DNA of 64,000 nt from Rhynchopus sp. YZ270_cl-10 (lineage: Eukaryota): assembly GCA_964035575.1 (NCBI GenBank), contig OZ037843.1:434001-498000 (forward strand), given 5' to 3'. This document shows, piece by piece, positions 39,526-50,128 of the stretch. The position numbers and the translations under genes are program-made. Under the pieces are notes generated by a model. The model did not search any database and was not told the origin of the DNA. It saw only the letters and a list, made by a program, of their open reading frames with translations. Numbering within the stretch: the stretch's first letter is position 1; every line of letters begins with the position of its first letter.

Positions 39526-41013
39526 TCACCTAGGTCCAACCTGCTGCCTTGTAGATGCCCACTTCCAAACCTGGTCGTCTGTTTGTAAAGAAATGCAACC
39601 ATCCATAAACCTCCATCCGATTCGTGTCACATCACTCAATCCTGCAAAGTTGATAGAGGTTAACGACGTGCAACCTGATAAGAAGTTGTCCCCAAGGCTT
39701 GTGACGCTGCTCAATCCTGCAAAGTCAACGGAGGTTAACGACGTGCAATGTGATAAGAAGTTGTTCCTGAGCATTGTGACACCGCTCAATCCTGCAAAGT
39801 TGATGGAGGTTAACGACGTGCAACCTGATAAGAAGTCGTCCCCAAGGCTTGTGACGCTACCCAATCCTGCAAAGTCGATGGATGTTAACGACGTGCAATG
39901 TGATAAGAAGTCCTGTCCAAGGCTTGTGACGCTGCTCAATCCTGCAAAGCTGATGGTGGTTAAAGACGTGCAAGATAAGAAGTAGTAGTCCCCAAGGCTT
40001 GTGACACTACCCAATCCTGCAAAGTCGATGGATGTTAACGACGTGCAACCTACTAAGAAGTTGTGTCCAAGGCTTGTGACGCTGCTCAATCCTGCAAAGC
40101 TGATGGTGGTTAACGACGTGCAATATAATAAGAAGTCTTTCTCAAGGCTTGCGACACTACCCAATCCTGCAAAGTCGATGGATGTTAACGAGCAACCTGA
40201 TAAGAAGTTGTCCCCAAGGCTTGTGACGCTGCTCAATCCTGCAAAGTTGATGGTGGTTAAAGACGTGCAATCTGATAAGAAGTTGTGCCCAAGACTTGTG
40301 ACGCTGCTCAATCCTGCAAAGTCGATGGACGTTAACGCCGTGCAACCTGATAAGAAGTAGTAGTCCCCAAGGCTTGTGACACCTCTCAATCCTGCAAAGT
40401 CGATGGTGGTTAAAGACGTGCAATGTGATAAAAAGTTGTGTCCAAGACTTGTGACGCTGCTCAATCCTGCAAAGTCGAATGGTTCAAAAGTGCGTAATGA
40501 CGTGCAGGCGTACAGGAAGTAATCGCCTATTGTCGTAACGTTGCGCAACCCAGACAAGTTAATTGATTCCAATGATGAACACTCAGATAAGAAGTGGTCA
40601 TCAATCGCAGTAACAGCCAACGGGGCACTCAGATCAAGGCTACGTAAATTAGTGCCTGCCAAGAACCTGCGCGGAATCACAGTTACAACTTCTGCCTGCA
40701 GAAACAACCGCGCTACTTCGGGGTCCTCCACACGCGCAAGCCTCGCTGGTGTGATGTCCGTCTCACCCAATGCACGAAGAGCTGCGATGGACTCTTGCTG
40801 CTTCGTCTGCGCCAACACGACTGTATCGCCAGCACTCAGCGCTGTGATGTTGATGTCCTCTCCTTCGTTGCTCCCTCCGAAGTCCAGGTAAAAGCTGTCT
40901 TCAGCAAACCCCGCTGCAGTTGCCACCCTCTGCCGCAGGTGCTTCGCTGTGTCATGCACATCCACATCGACGACGTACGTCTTGCCATCAAAGCCCTCGA
41001 TGTTGAGTTCCAT
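39526..41013 (-). CDS. Ubiquitin-like domain + BspA/TpLRR-type leucine-rich repeat protein
   Basis: MELNIEGFDGKTYVVDVDVHDT..LRQRV resembles the ubiquitin N-terminus; 12 near-identical ~25-aa FAGL..VTSLG..FL..CTSLT.I repeats. No signal peptide or TM segment. Confidence 0.85.
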   Translation of the reverse strand: MELNIEGFDGKTYVVDVDVHDTAKHLRQRVATAAGFAEDSFYLDFGGSNEGEDINITALSAGDTVVLAQTKQQESIAALRALGETDITPARLARVEDPEVARLFLQAEVVTVIPRRFLAGTNLRSLDLSAPLAVTAIDDHFLSECSSLESINLSGLRNVTTIGDYFLYACTSLRTFEPFDFAGLSSVTSLGHNFLSHCTSLTTIDFAGLRGVTSLGDYYFLSGCTALTSIDFAGLSSVTSLGHNFLSDCTSLTTINFAGLSSVTSLGDNFLSGCSLTSIDFAGLGSVASLEKDFLLYCTSLTTISFAGLSSVTSLGHNFLVGCTSLTSIDFAGLGSVTSLGDYYFLSCTSLTTISFAGLSSVTSLGQDFLSHCTSLTSIDFAGLGSVTSLGDDFLSGCTSLTSINFAGLSGVTMLRNNFLSHCTSLTSVDFAGLSSVTSLGDNFLSGCTSLTSINFAGLSDVTRIGWRFMDGCISLQTDDQVWKWASTRQQVGPR

Positions 41014-41442
41014 TCGTGTTTTGTGTGTTTTCTGTTGTGGGAGTGGTGCACAGACATTGATTGTCTACCGTCTCTGCGTGGGCGAAGAGCCTTCGCCCAC
41101 CAAATTGCCTAATTCCCAACCGGGAGGTGTGCGGGCTGTATCATCACGAGGAAAAGGGGAACTATCCCCCAGCCCATTTAGAGCCTTTTCTTTTTGGGCC
41201 ACCCTTGAACCAAAAACGATCCGATCCGCGACACAAAAAAATAATAATTCAATCGCTAAAAACTAGTGGTCTCTCTGTTTTCTTTCTTTTATATACCAGA
41301 GCAAAAGACGTGAAGCTCTTTTCCAACACCTATGGACCCTCGCCCCCCACACCCTTCCCCCTTCACAGAGCTCTCAAGGTAAGCACTCCACAGCATATTG
41401 TGCTGTGAACAGGAAGGACAGGTGCCCCTCCTCCTCCCCCTC

Positions 41443-41922
41443 CAGACTGCAGACTAAGAAATCATTTAATTAATTACCATACCCACCCGATTTTTTTTGA
41501 AAATCGGCCCCACGTATAAGAAACCGGGCTCATATTTCTCAAAATTTAAGTGGTCAAAAAATTGTCCAATTTTCGAGATTGACCCCACCACTGCACAGGC
41601 GGATCCCAAAAATGCAAATAAGGACCCTTTTCCACAACCTTCCTTCACCCCGACGAAGGTGAAGTCAATATTACAAACCCGGATTTTGAGGAAATTTTTT
41701 GGCCGAAAATGGGCCCCAGCTATTAGTGACCGGGCTCATATTGTCCAAAATTTAAGTCATTAAAATTTTGTCCATTTTTTCAGATTGACCCCACCACTGA
41801 CTGGGATCGGCCCAAAAATGCAAATAACGGCGTTTTCGCCCGTATTGTTTGTTACGAAACCCCGTGCAGACTAGCATTTAATTAATTAATTACCAGACCC
41901 CCAATCCTTAGTCTGCAGACTG
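41443..41922. mobile_element. hAT-type MITE, family A copy 2 (inverted)
   Basis: Same TIR as 6289; 8-bp TSD TCCCCCTC. Confidence 0.9.
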
Positions 41923-42068
41923 TCCCCCTCCCCTGACAGTAAAGAAAGAGACTCATTCAGGGGACAGCGAAACGAAGTCAATGATGCAACACTCAGCGAC
42001 AGCGAGGAGGTGCTTCTGGGGTGGACGGCCTGCGAGAAGCTGCACAAAACACAACCTCTCGCAAAACA

Positions 42069-43205
42069 TCAGTAGGGGTACAGATGTCTCGTCACAATAG
42101 AGTCTTGAGACGAATTCGTAAATAGCACCACACGTGAACATGGCGAAAAAGCAAATGAAGTGTAGGCAGCGACTTCGGAGAACACACGCACACAGGACAT
42201 GGTCGCCACATCATACTGGTGCAATGAAAATTGTTCAGAATCTATATCATCATCGTCAAAATGAATCACGAGATACTTCTCACACAGTGTGAACTGCATG
42301 GAGCAGACATAACGATATCCTGCCTCAGCAACGCTGCCCAGCGCCTCGCCACTCCAATCATAGAGTTGCACTTCGTTGGGGTGAATGCCACATACCACCA
42401 CTGCAAAGACAGAGGCAGAGAGTGAGAGCGCCACTGCGCGTTCGTCCGCCACATCTACACATGCCACTGCTTCACCTGTGTTCACATCCCACAGACGTAC
42501 GTTCGGATCTCTCTGGGAAGAGGTGAGCACCCACCCACCACAGTGCGACACAGCCACCTTCCAGCACCCTGCGTGCGGCAGAGTGCGGAGCAACGTCAGG
42601 TCTTCGTCATACACAGAGACGCCCTCTTCACACCGCGAGACAACAACACCGCCACACGCAAACACTCCGGGGTGCGGCGAGGTGCCGTCAACTGTACGGA
42701 GCACCTCCCCTCCCGGAAGTGCAATCTCCTGTATGCCTTCGTCGTACGCCAGGTAGCAGCGTGTCTTGCACTGCGAGATGGCAGGCGCGACATACGACTG
42801 GATGTCTACTTTGAACTTGAAGGCAGGGCTGAAGGTTTCTGTATCAAGGGCGGTGACATATCCTGCCTTCTGTGTAAAGAGGCAGAGTGCTCCACAAGGA
42901 GACAGCGAGAAGCAATCTATAAGCATATCCCGCCCACCAGTTGGCACCTCGACACTGTACTCAGCAGGACACTTGATGTTGGCACAGCAGCGGGCAAGCA
43001 CGACCTGCACCCCTGCATCAAACGCAGTGTCCTGCAGACGGCACGTCCCCTCCACCACCTGCGTGCCGATGCGCATCTCGACAGACGCAGGCGGGACAGC
43101 AAGCGCCGTGCACGCAACCTCTTTTGCCGCTGCAGCGTCCGCCTCGCACGGCACCTCCACTGTCGCAGTCACGCCTGACTCTTCCAGCACAAAAGTCACA
43201 TCCAT
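42069..43205 (-). CDS. Ubiquitin-like domain + WD40 beta-propeller protein, paralogue B
   Basis: 378 aa; the first ~82 and last ~50 residues are identical to the 30319 copy. Confidence 0.8.
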   Translation of the reverse strand: MDVTFVLEESGVTATVEVPCEADAAAAKEVACTALAVPPASVEMRIGTQVVEGTCRLQDTAFDAGVQVVLARCCANIKCPAEYSVEVPTGGRDMLIDCFSLSPCGALCLFTQKAGYVTALDTETFSPAFKFKVDIQSYVAPAISQCKTRCYLAYDEGIQEIALPGGEVLRTVDGTSPHPGVFACGGVVVSRCEEGVSVYDEDLTLLRTLPHAGCWKVAVSHCGGWVLTSSQRDPNVRLWDVNTGEAVACVDVADERAVALSLSASVFAVVVCGIHPNEVQLYDWSGEALGSVAEAGYRYVCSMQFTLCEKYLVIHFDDDDIDSEQFSLHQYDVATMSCVRVFSEVAAYTSFAFSPCSRVVLFTNSSQDSIVTRHLYPY

Positions 43206-44592
43206 TGTTTTGCGTTACTTCCGTGACAAGGTGCAAATAAGCACGTTTGCTCCACCACAAACGGGGGGAGTGATGAGGTGGGTGGGGGAGGGGTGTTGTT
43301 CTGTGTTGCATGTTTGTGGTGTTCCTCGTTGTGAGAGGTGATGAAAGTGTGTGATGTCGAGGTTTTGCGAGCAGACTCCAAGAGGGGGTGGAAAAAAGGT
43401 TCGCTGAAACGCGAGAGAAGGAGCAGGGATGGTGGCTCTTTTTTTTTTTTGAAATTCAGGGTATTTGGGTGAAAACCCAAAATTGCGGTAAAAAACTGGT
43501 TTTGGTTTTCTCTCCTGGTGTTTCTGGCGAAAACCTCCACCGTTGACGGACAAAGTCACTTTTTTTTTGGGGGATTTTTTTTTTTTACAACGACCCACAA
43601 TGATTTTGCAGTGTTACCGTGGAAGCATAGCGGGGACCCTAAGGGCAATCATGGCTCAGTTCGCAAACGCGCAACGTGCCAATCCAATGCCATCGCTTTG
43701 GGAAAGCGACTGGTCTTATGGCATCAGATGACTCCTTACGTGGGGGGATCTACGCGGACAGTGTAGAGGGGGCGGGGGCGGGGGGCAGCATTCTCTACCT
43801 GGCTTCTGAAGGGTGTCTTCCCTTTGGGGCTACCCGCGAAGTGCAATGTGAACTCGAGAAGTCATTAACAGGCAGCACATCTCACCCCTGGATGTGGCAG
43901 CTCTCCCTGCAATAAGCTGGCCTGACTCCAAAAAAAAAGGGGGGAGGGTGAGAGAGAAGTTGTGGAAACAACTCCTGTAAGCAAAATGGACAAGATTGAA
44001 CCACTCAAAAGAGGGGCATTGAAACGAATCTGTGTTTCGTACAAAAAACCCCTGCAACAAAATGCCTGTGTCCATAGACACAAGCAACAGCAGCAGAGGG
44101 CTCGACTCAATTTACACAAACCGTTTTGCCTTCGCCATCCTTTAGCAGTCTTCTGGGAAGGGGAGCAAGGGGGTCAGGGAATCAGAGAGAGGACAGAAGC
44201 AAACATTGTATTTAGTACAAAAAAGGGTATGCACAAGGTGTATGCGAACTCGCACTGGGGAGGGCTTGACCCACTGTCGGGGCTGAGATCCTACCAAAAA
44301 AAATGCAAAATCTCACGCATTTTTTTTCTTTTTTGAAAACTTGGAAAAATCACGTGTCGCAACAGAATATATCCACGCCACGCCCACCCTCCGCCCAGCT
44401 TACTTCCATTTCGCGGTCTACGTTGAGATGTCCTACTCCCGCTACCGCTCGTCAGTCAACGAAACGGGTATAATTGGAACACAAGGGAGCAAATCCTTGT
44501 GCGAAGTAAGTGACTCGGCTTTTTTTTTTCCCCCCCAATTTTTTTGATCATCACCTTTATTTTTTGATAAATGATGGTAAATCTTCAAATTT

Positions 44593-47175
44593 TTAGGGGA
44601 TGGTGAACCCTGAGCCTGTCTTGCCTTTTTGTGGGACACTACCGAGCACAGCCTCTTGTTCACTGAGGGTTGGGTCTTGTGTGCGCAGTGGGATTGGCGG
44701 CTGTTTTAGGTCACAACAACGTGCAATCCACGCTGGGAGGTAGCGTGTGTTGACGCCTTTCTTGACAGCTTCCTTCAGGTGGTCGGAGGCCACCTCGTAC
44801 TTCCCTTCATACAATGCATCTATTGCGATGTTGTAGCTACGGTAGCCGGAGGCGCTGCTTTCGAGTTGATACATCCACTCCTCGACTTCGCAGTCAATCT
44901 CGCCTAGCACCTCACACACATACTCTACGAACCCCCCCAGCTGCACCCTCGCAATCCGGCGCATCTCGAACACAATACTGGTGTGCGCCATGTCATCAGT
45001 AAATCCCATTCCCACAAGAACCGGCACACCCCAAATTGCCCCAAACCGCTCCGTGGCGTGCACGCAGCCTAGAGCACGCCCTACATAGGAAAAGCGCTTC
45101 AACCCTTTGCAGCCCATGGAACCACACAGCAGTTTGCCTACCGTAGCCGCGGTGTTCACAGAGAGCTGTTTGGAGACACCATCTCGGGCGGCGACGATAC
45201 GACAGAAACGGATTCCGTTTACATCGTGCTGGCTGCACGGAAAGGCGCCGTTAAACGAAACAATAACACGGTCCGCACTGAAGTCCTCGACAATCCCTCG
45301 GAGCTTCTGCGACGCTGTGTGGAACACCTCGATGTACGCTTCATGTGTGCGTTGCAGGTCCACCGCTGCTGATGACTTTGCGAAAGCGCTGAACCCTCTT
45401 ATATTTCCTACAACAAGCGTCACTTTCTGTGTCTTCAATGTATTTGACATAGTTGCAACACGGGTGGAACGGTAGGACCGGTGGGATGAGGACAGCGCAC
45501 TGTCAATAGAGTTTTTGGAGGACTCAAACGTTCTGGCTGACATGGCATCTTCGGTGGCTTGCTCGTCTACTGCCTGGGGGAGGACGTTTAGTGGAATGTA
45601 GTTTCGGTATTCAGTCAAACGCAGTACCATGCTTTTGAAGGACGTCTGCATGGCAGCAACTTCTGCAATGATGCTGAGAGTGGGGTTGTCAGCGAGCCGT
45701 TCGAGGTCCATGTTTGCTACGCTTTGCATTTCCTTCTGCAGTCTTGTCATTGGCAGGAGGATTAACGTTATCATTGCCAATACAAACCCTGAAGACACCA
45801 CAATAATCACAATGGAAAGACCCAATGCCAAGGCGGAAGCATCGTCCGCCTCCCCCATGATGTCGTCATAAGGGACTGTCACAACGAGAAGCATATTTAA
45901 GCCTCCCCGGAAGCTTAGTGGTACTGTCATTACCACGTCGTCTTCGTGGAGAAGGAGTGCGCGAATGGTGGTCAAAACAGAAAGGTTTCCGTAACGTTCG
46001 TCCAACCGTTGGATTGTTTTTTTGATGCGGGAGGGTTCCTTCCAGTTTGGTGTTGTGCGGATGTTGAGAACTTCTAGATCGTCTTTGGTGCGACCCATCT
46101 CAGCTTGGAGTTCCGCTTCATCGAGGCTCACCGCAATGACTGTTGTGTCGACCATCATCAGCACTGCGATTGAGTGTTCAGATGGCCGCATATCCTGCAT
46201 CAATGGGATCAAGGTTTTCATATCATAGTCCGTTGCGATCGTTGCCAGATGCGTTCCATTTGGCGAATACACGCCACGCGAAACAGTGATCCCAACAGTG
46301 GGCAGCTTGCTATCGTATGGGTACACATTGGACCAGGTTAACTCCTTGACATTATACCAGGGGCGGGTGCGTGGGTCATAGAAGTAGAAATTGCAGGGCT
46401 TATCATTCCTGTCGCTCTGTTTGTACCCACGGCTCACATGGCCATTGGGAGAGATGTGTTCGTCCCGCTCCATGTAGAGCGTCCAGGTGAAGGTAACGCC
46501 TTTTCCGCATGCGACGGAGCAGAGCTTGTCTGTTCTGGTCTTGTCCCCGCAGTTCCCTGCATTGGCGTGGTCGAGGCAGGTCTGCTTGGGGAGTTCCGAA
46601 GGACAGTCGCTCCAGGGCGGAAAGCTTTCTCCGGTTCCAGAAATGCGGACAGTATCTCCCATAGGTTTGGCGAGATGCCCGCCTTCGTAGTTGCCGTGCA
46701 TGGTACCGTAGTAGACAGAACGGATTGAGCGGGAGAGCGGAACAACGAAGCTGAGGGCAAGGCGGTCAACGAAGAGCGCAGAGGTGGGGAAGCGGGTGGT
46801 GATGGGGTCGAGCGCACTGCTGCTCATCATTTCGTGGAGGGTCTCGACGTATGCGATGCCTGGGTGGAGCTCTTTGTGGAGCTGTTCGACAGCGCCACCT
46901 GCCTTGGCAATGAGATACTCTACCTTCGCTTCTTGGATGCTTTCGCGTGACGTAGCGTAGGTGACCCCCCACACAACAAGGCCGACGCACATCAGAGCCG
47001 CTGCTACCACCACAATGATCACCACAGCAAGTCGGAACGTCCGCTTCATCAGACGCCACACCACTGCCGCCAGGAGAAGCACCCCTAAGACGCATAGTGG
47101 CACCGCAGTGAGCGCTGCATGGCTGGTGCGCAGCTCGGTGGAAAACGAGGTGCGGTCAACGGGAACGTCAAACAT
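44593..47175 (-). CDS. Receptor-type protein: TM + Cache-like extracellular domain + TM + HAMP + degenerate class III cyclase
   Basis: Cache motif YDPRTRPWY..TWSNVY..GITVS; HAMP-like PMTRLQKEMQSVA..EVAAMQTSF; cyclase-like GNIRGFS/FSADRV lacking catalytic residues. Confidence 0.85.
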   Translation of the reverse strand: MFDVPVDRTSFSTELRTSHAALTAVPLCVLGVLLLAAVVWRLMKRTFRLAVVIIVVVAAALMCVGLVVWGVTYATSRESIQEAKVEYLIAKAGGAVEQLHKELHPGIAYVETLHEMMSSSALDPITTRFPTSALFVDRLALSFVVPLSRSIRSVYYGTMHGNYEGGHLAKPMGDTVRISGTGESFPPWSDCPSELPKQTCLDHANAGNCGDKTRTDKLCSVACGKGVTFTWTLYMERDEHISPNGHVSRGYKQSDRNDKPCNFYFYDPRTRPWYNVKELTWSNVYPYDSKLPTVGITVSRGVYSPNGTHLATIATDYDMKTLIPLMQDMRPSEHSIAVLMMVDTTVIAVSLDEAELQAEMGRTKDDLEVLNIRTTPNWKEPSRIKKTIQRLDERYGNLSVLTTIRALLLHEDDVVMTVPLSFRGGLNMLLVVTVPYDDIMGEADDASALALGLSIVIIVVSSGFVLAMITLILLPMTRLQKEMQSVANMDLERLADNPTLSIIAEVAAMQTSFKSMVLRLTEYRNYIPLNVLPQAVDEQATEDAMSARTFESSKNSIDSALSSSHRSYRSTRVATMSNTLKTQKVTLVVGNIRGFSAFAKSSAAVDLQRTHEAYIEVFHTASQKLRGIVEDFSADRVIVSFNGAFPCSQHDVNGIRFCRIVAARDGVSKQLSVNTAATVGKLLCGSMGCKGLKRFSYVGRALGCVHATERFGAIWGVPVLVGMGFTDDMAHTSIVFEMRRIARVQLGGFVEYVCEVLGEIDCEVEEWMYQLESSASGYRSYNIAIDALYEGKYEVASDHLKEAVKKGVNTRYLPAWIARCCDLKQPPIPLRTQDPTLSEQEAVLGSVPQKGKTGSGFTIP

Positions 47176-47809
47176 GATTTTTTTTAACCCTTTTTTTTTG
47201 ATAGTCCCAAAGGGTTAATCCACCTTATGCAAAAGGGAGGGGAGGGGGAGTGGGAAATGTGTCCTGGATTTGTTATTGGTGGTTTGCGAGGGAGTGGGAG
47301 GGGTGGGTTACGGAGAGGTACTCCCCGGCATAGGTGGGTGGAGTGCTGGTGGGGGGGGATTTTTTTTTTTTGTTTGTTTGTTTGCCATGAGAATATAGTG
47401 AATTTTGTGTGGTTCTGATATTGATGAAAATATAAGATAAGAATAAGGCGGGGAAAGATAGTTTTCCTTTTTTTTTTTTTTTTTTTTCTAACTTTTTTTT
47501 TCACTGTAACCTATCGGAAGCGGTGACGTTGACTACCGGTAATTTTTGGCCACCGCCGTGTTATCGCAAAAAAGTATGCCACAATTTACCCATTATTTTT
47601 CCCCACAAACCCAAATAAAGAATCGTTGATACAGCCACCCTCCGACTGACCCGCTTTACAATGCCAGCCCAAGATGAAAGCACAAAAATACCCATCCAAA
47701 AACCCCTCTCCAGCACATCACCAAAACAAAACGAGAAACACGCAAACACAAAAAAAACCACAAACGTTGCAAAAAACTATTCTCCCTTTTGTCTCCCTTT
47801 CACCCCATC

Positions 47810-49186
47810 TCAAAGGCATTCAGCCTCGGTAGTCTCCGTTGTGTACCGATCCGACGCAATCGAGACAGTACTCCGCTGTTTTGTCCCCGGGTCTGTCGTT
47901 GTAACGTTCACAACGAAGCATGGCGCTCCGGACACTGTCTTTGCAGCGTAGTTTGCACAGACGTTCCCTTCTGGGACCACCACTGCGACTTTGAACACGT
48001 CTTTATACGTTGACGCCACTGAGGACAACACGCTCAAACTACATTCATTCGCGTCACTGCAATAGGTCCCTTCCATCAGCTCTGCAACAACCGTTGCGTA
48101 CCTTCCACGTGCCTTAAAAAACGCAATCTCCGCTCTGTGCACCATAAATCCTACATATCTGGCAGGCCACATCGGGGTACGACACACCTCAGACTTGCCA
48201 TCCTCAAACTGAACGACCCCCCACATCTCTGGGTTATGCATATACTGAGTACGCCCTGCATTCTGCCAGACAAACTCCCAATAACAAGCCCACGGTCCGG
48301 TACCAAGAAGAGACGGGTACTGTTTCTGAACTTCAGCGCACATTGCGGAATAGTCATCAGTGAAGAAGTCTATGGAGAGAGGAGAGGCAGAGATTGTTTC
48401 CAGAGGGTGTTCCGCGCGGGCGAAGTTTACCCACCAAAAGCGGTTGCCGGAATTTGGGTTGAACTTTGCATAGTCGTGCTTCGGATCGGAATCCAACACT
48501 CCCCCATGCGTTTCCCCTGCAGACAACGGAAACCGAATTTCAACCGTCCATTTTGGGGTATCAAATGGTGTCAACGCGGAAGGATGCCCTGTCGCCGTTT
48601 TCATCCCCCCTTCCCCCGCTAGAGTCCATGCTTCCCCTTTGTGGTAGGTACTATTATGACACCATTCCGTAGCGACACTGTTATTACACGGTACTCCGCT
48701 GCTGTTCATCCCGCCGTCGGGGACGCGCCACATGACGTCGTAAGTAGCGTTGCGAACGTTCATTTCAAACTCTTTGTAATAGTGTGTGCTCCCTGCAACG
48801 TCAATGAAGACTTCAAAGTCGTTATTCCACCAGGGTGCCTTTCCGTTTGTTAGGTCCTCATTGTGTCCAGTCACGTTCCCCCAGATGAGCGGTTCGTTAA
48901 CCTCTGCGGCCATATAAACAAAAGAAGCATCCCACCGCACCTTCACCCTAGTTTGATACGCTTCGGGTGGGGTAAGGTGTGGAAATGCTGGTGCCGCGAT
49001 GTCCTCAAATGGCTTGTCGGTCCACGCCACGGAAGTCCAGGCAGGATCGTCTAGGTTCCCGTCGATGGTGATGGTTTCCCCTGAAGACAAACGTTGTGCG
49101 ATGTATTGTGGAGGGTAGGCGGATTCAAACTTCCAGCCGTCATCTGCGGAAACGCTAGCAATGCATGGGAGAAGCAGGGCGAGCAT
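47810..49186 (-). CDS. Secreted CBM9-like/DOMON-like carbohydrate-binding family protein
   Basis: Signal peptide; motifs ITIDGNLDDPAW, TRVKVRWD, NNDFEVFID, YKEFEMN, WTVEIRFP, WWVNFAR and MHNPEMWG. Confidence 0.8.
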   Translation of the reverse strand: MLALLLPCIASVSADDGWKFESAYPPQYIAQRLSSGETITIDGNLDDPAWTSVAWTDKPFEDIAAPAFPHLTPPEAYQTRVKVRWDASFVYMAAEVNEPLIWGNVTGHNEDLTNGKAPWWNNDFEVFIDVAGSTHYYKEFEMNVRNATYDVMWRVPDGGMNSSGVPCNNSVATEWCHNSTYHKGEAWTLAGEGGMKTATGHPSALTPFDTPKWTVEIRFPLSAGETHGGVLDSDPKHDYAKFNPNSGNRFWWVNFARAEHPLETISASPLSIDFFTDDYSAMCAEVQKQYPSLLGTGPWACYWEFVWQNAGRTQYMHNPEMWGVVQFEDGKSEVCRTPMWPARYVGFMVHRAEIAFFKARGRYATVVAELMEGTYCSDANECSLSVLSSVASTYKDVFKVAVVVPEGNVCANYAAKTVSGAPCFVVNVTTTDPGTKQRSTVSIASDRYTTETTEAECL

Positions 49187-50128
49187 TGTTGGAAAAAAAA
49201 AGGTGAAAAACTAAAGGAAAGGCAGTACTGTATGAAACTGTAAAAAAAAAGAGGGGGAAAAATTCAAATACAAGTGAGTGTACCTTTGGTACAAATAACC
49301 GGGGGGGTGGACCTCCCCCAATCATGTAGTCCTAAAATCCATTTTCGTGGTTTACATCTGATATGTGCTACTCCCGCTTCCACTCATCAGCCAGATGAAT
49401 GAAAGGATCATTGCAAACACAGGCACAATAGAAATGATTATGATATAATTTTCAATCGAAAGATGGAGTTTTATCCAACACAGGTACAATAGAAAAAAAA
49501 AAAAAGAGCAGTTGAAACGTGCTAAAACGCATCTCAGTCACAAAAAATATATCACACCTCCAGGAAAACCAAGAGCAATGGGTGGAGGTGGGGAGGGGGG
49601 GTGAGCTGGGGGAGGTTCTTTTGTTGTTGTTGTCTCGACAATCGCCTCTCGAGAGAGGCGGCTTATCTGCACTCAATTTTGTCACCCTGGACAGGGGAAG
49701 ATTACGAACGAAAAGATTTCTTTGTGTGATTTTTTTTATTTTTTTGTTGTTCTCTTACTGAGTAGTGTAGTTCCCTGTTGCCTTACCACAGTCCGTGCAT
49801 TTTCGGTACTTCCCTCTGTTCATGAGATTCAGTCCAGTTTCCATTAGGAAATTTTGGAATGAAAGTTTTTAGTTGGTTTGCTTTGTTCTCTTTTTTGGTC
49901 TTTAAAAAAGTACTGTTTGCTCTTTTGTTGCTTCTGTGTTTCAGATCCATGACCATAGCAACGTGCGGACCCTATGAGACAGTTTTCCATTCGGGGAATA
50001 TGGACAGTCTGTAAAAACCCCACACCCTATCCTACCTAACCTTTGGTACTTTCGATGCCCCTTTTTTCTCAGACTTTTTTTTTGGTGTGGCCGGAACCAG
50101 AACGGAAAATTTTTGTTTGATTATAGAC

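Noticed and set aside
30319..43205. Diversity-generating retroelement behind the WD40 variation
   Set aside because: There is no reverse transcriptase in the window, and the differences include indels and do not look adenine-specific.
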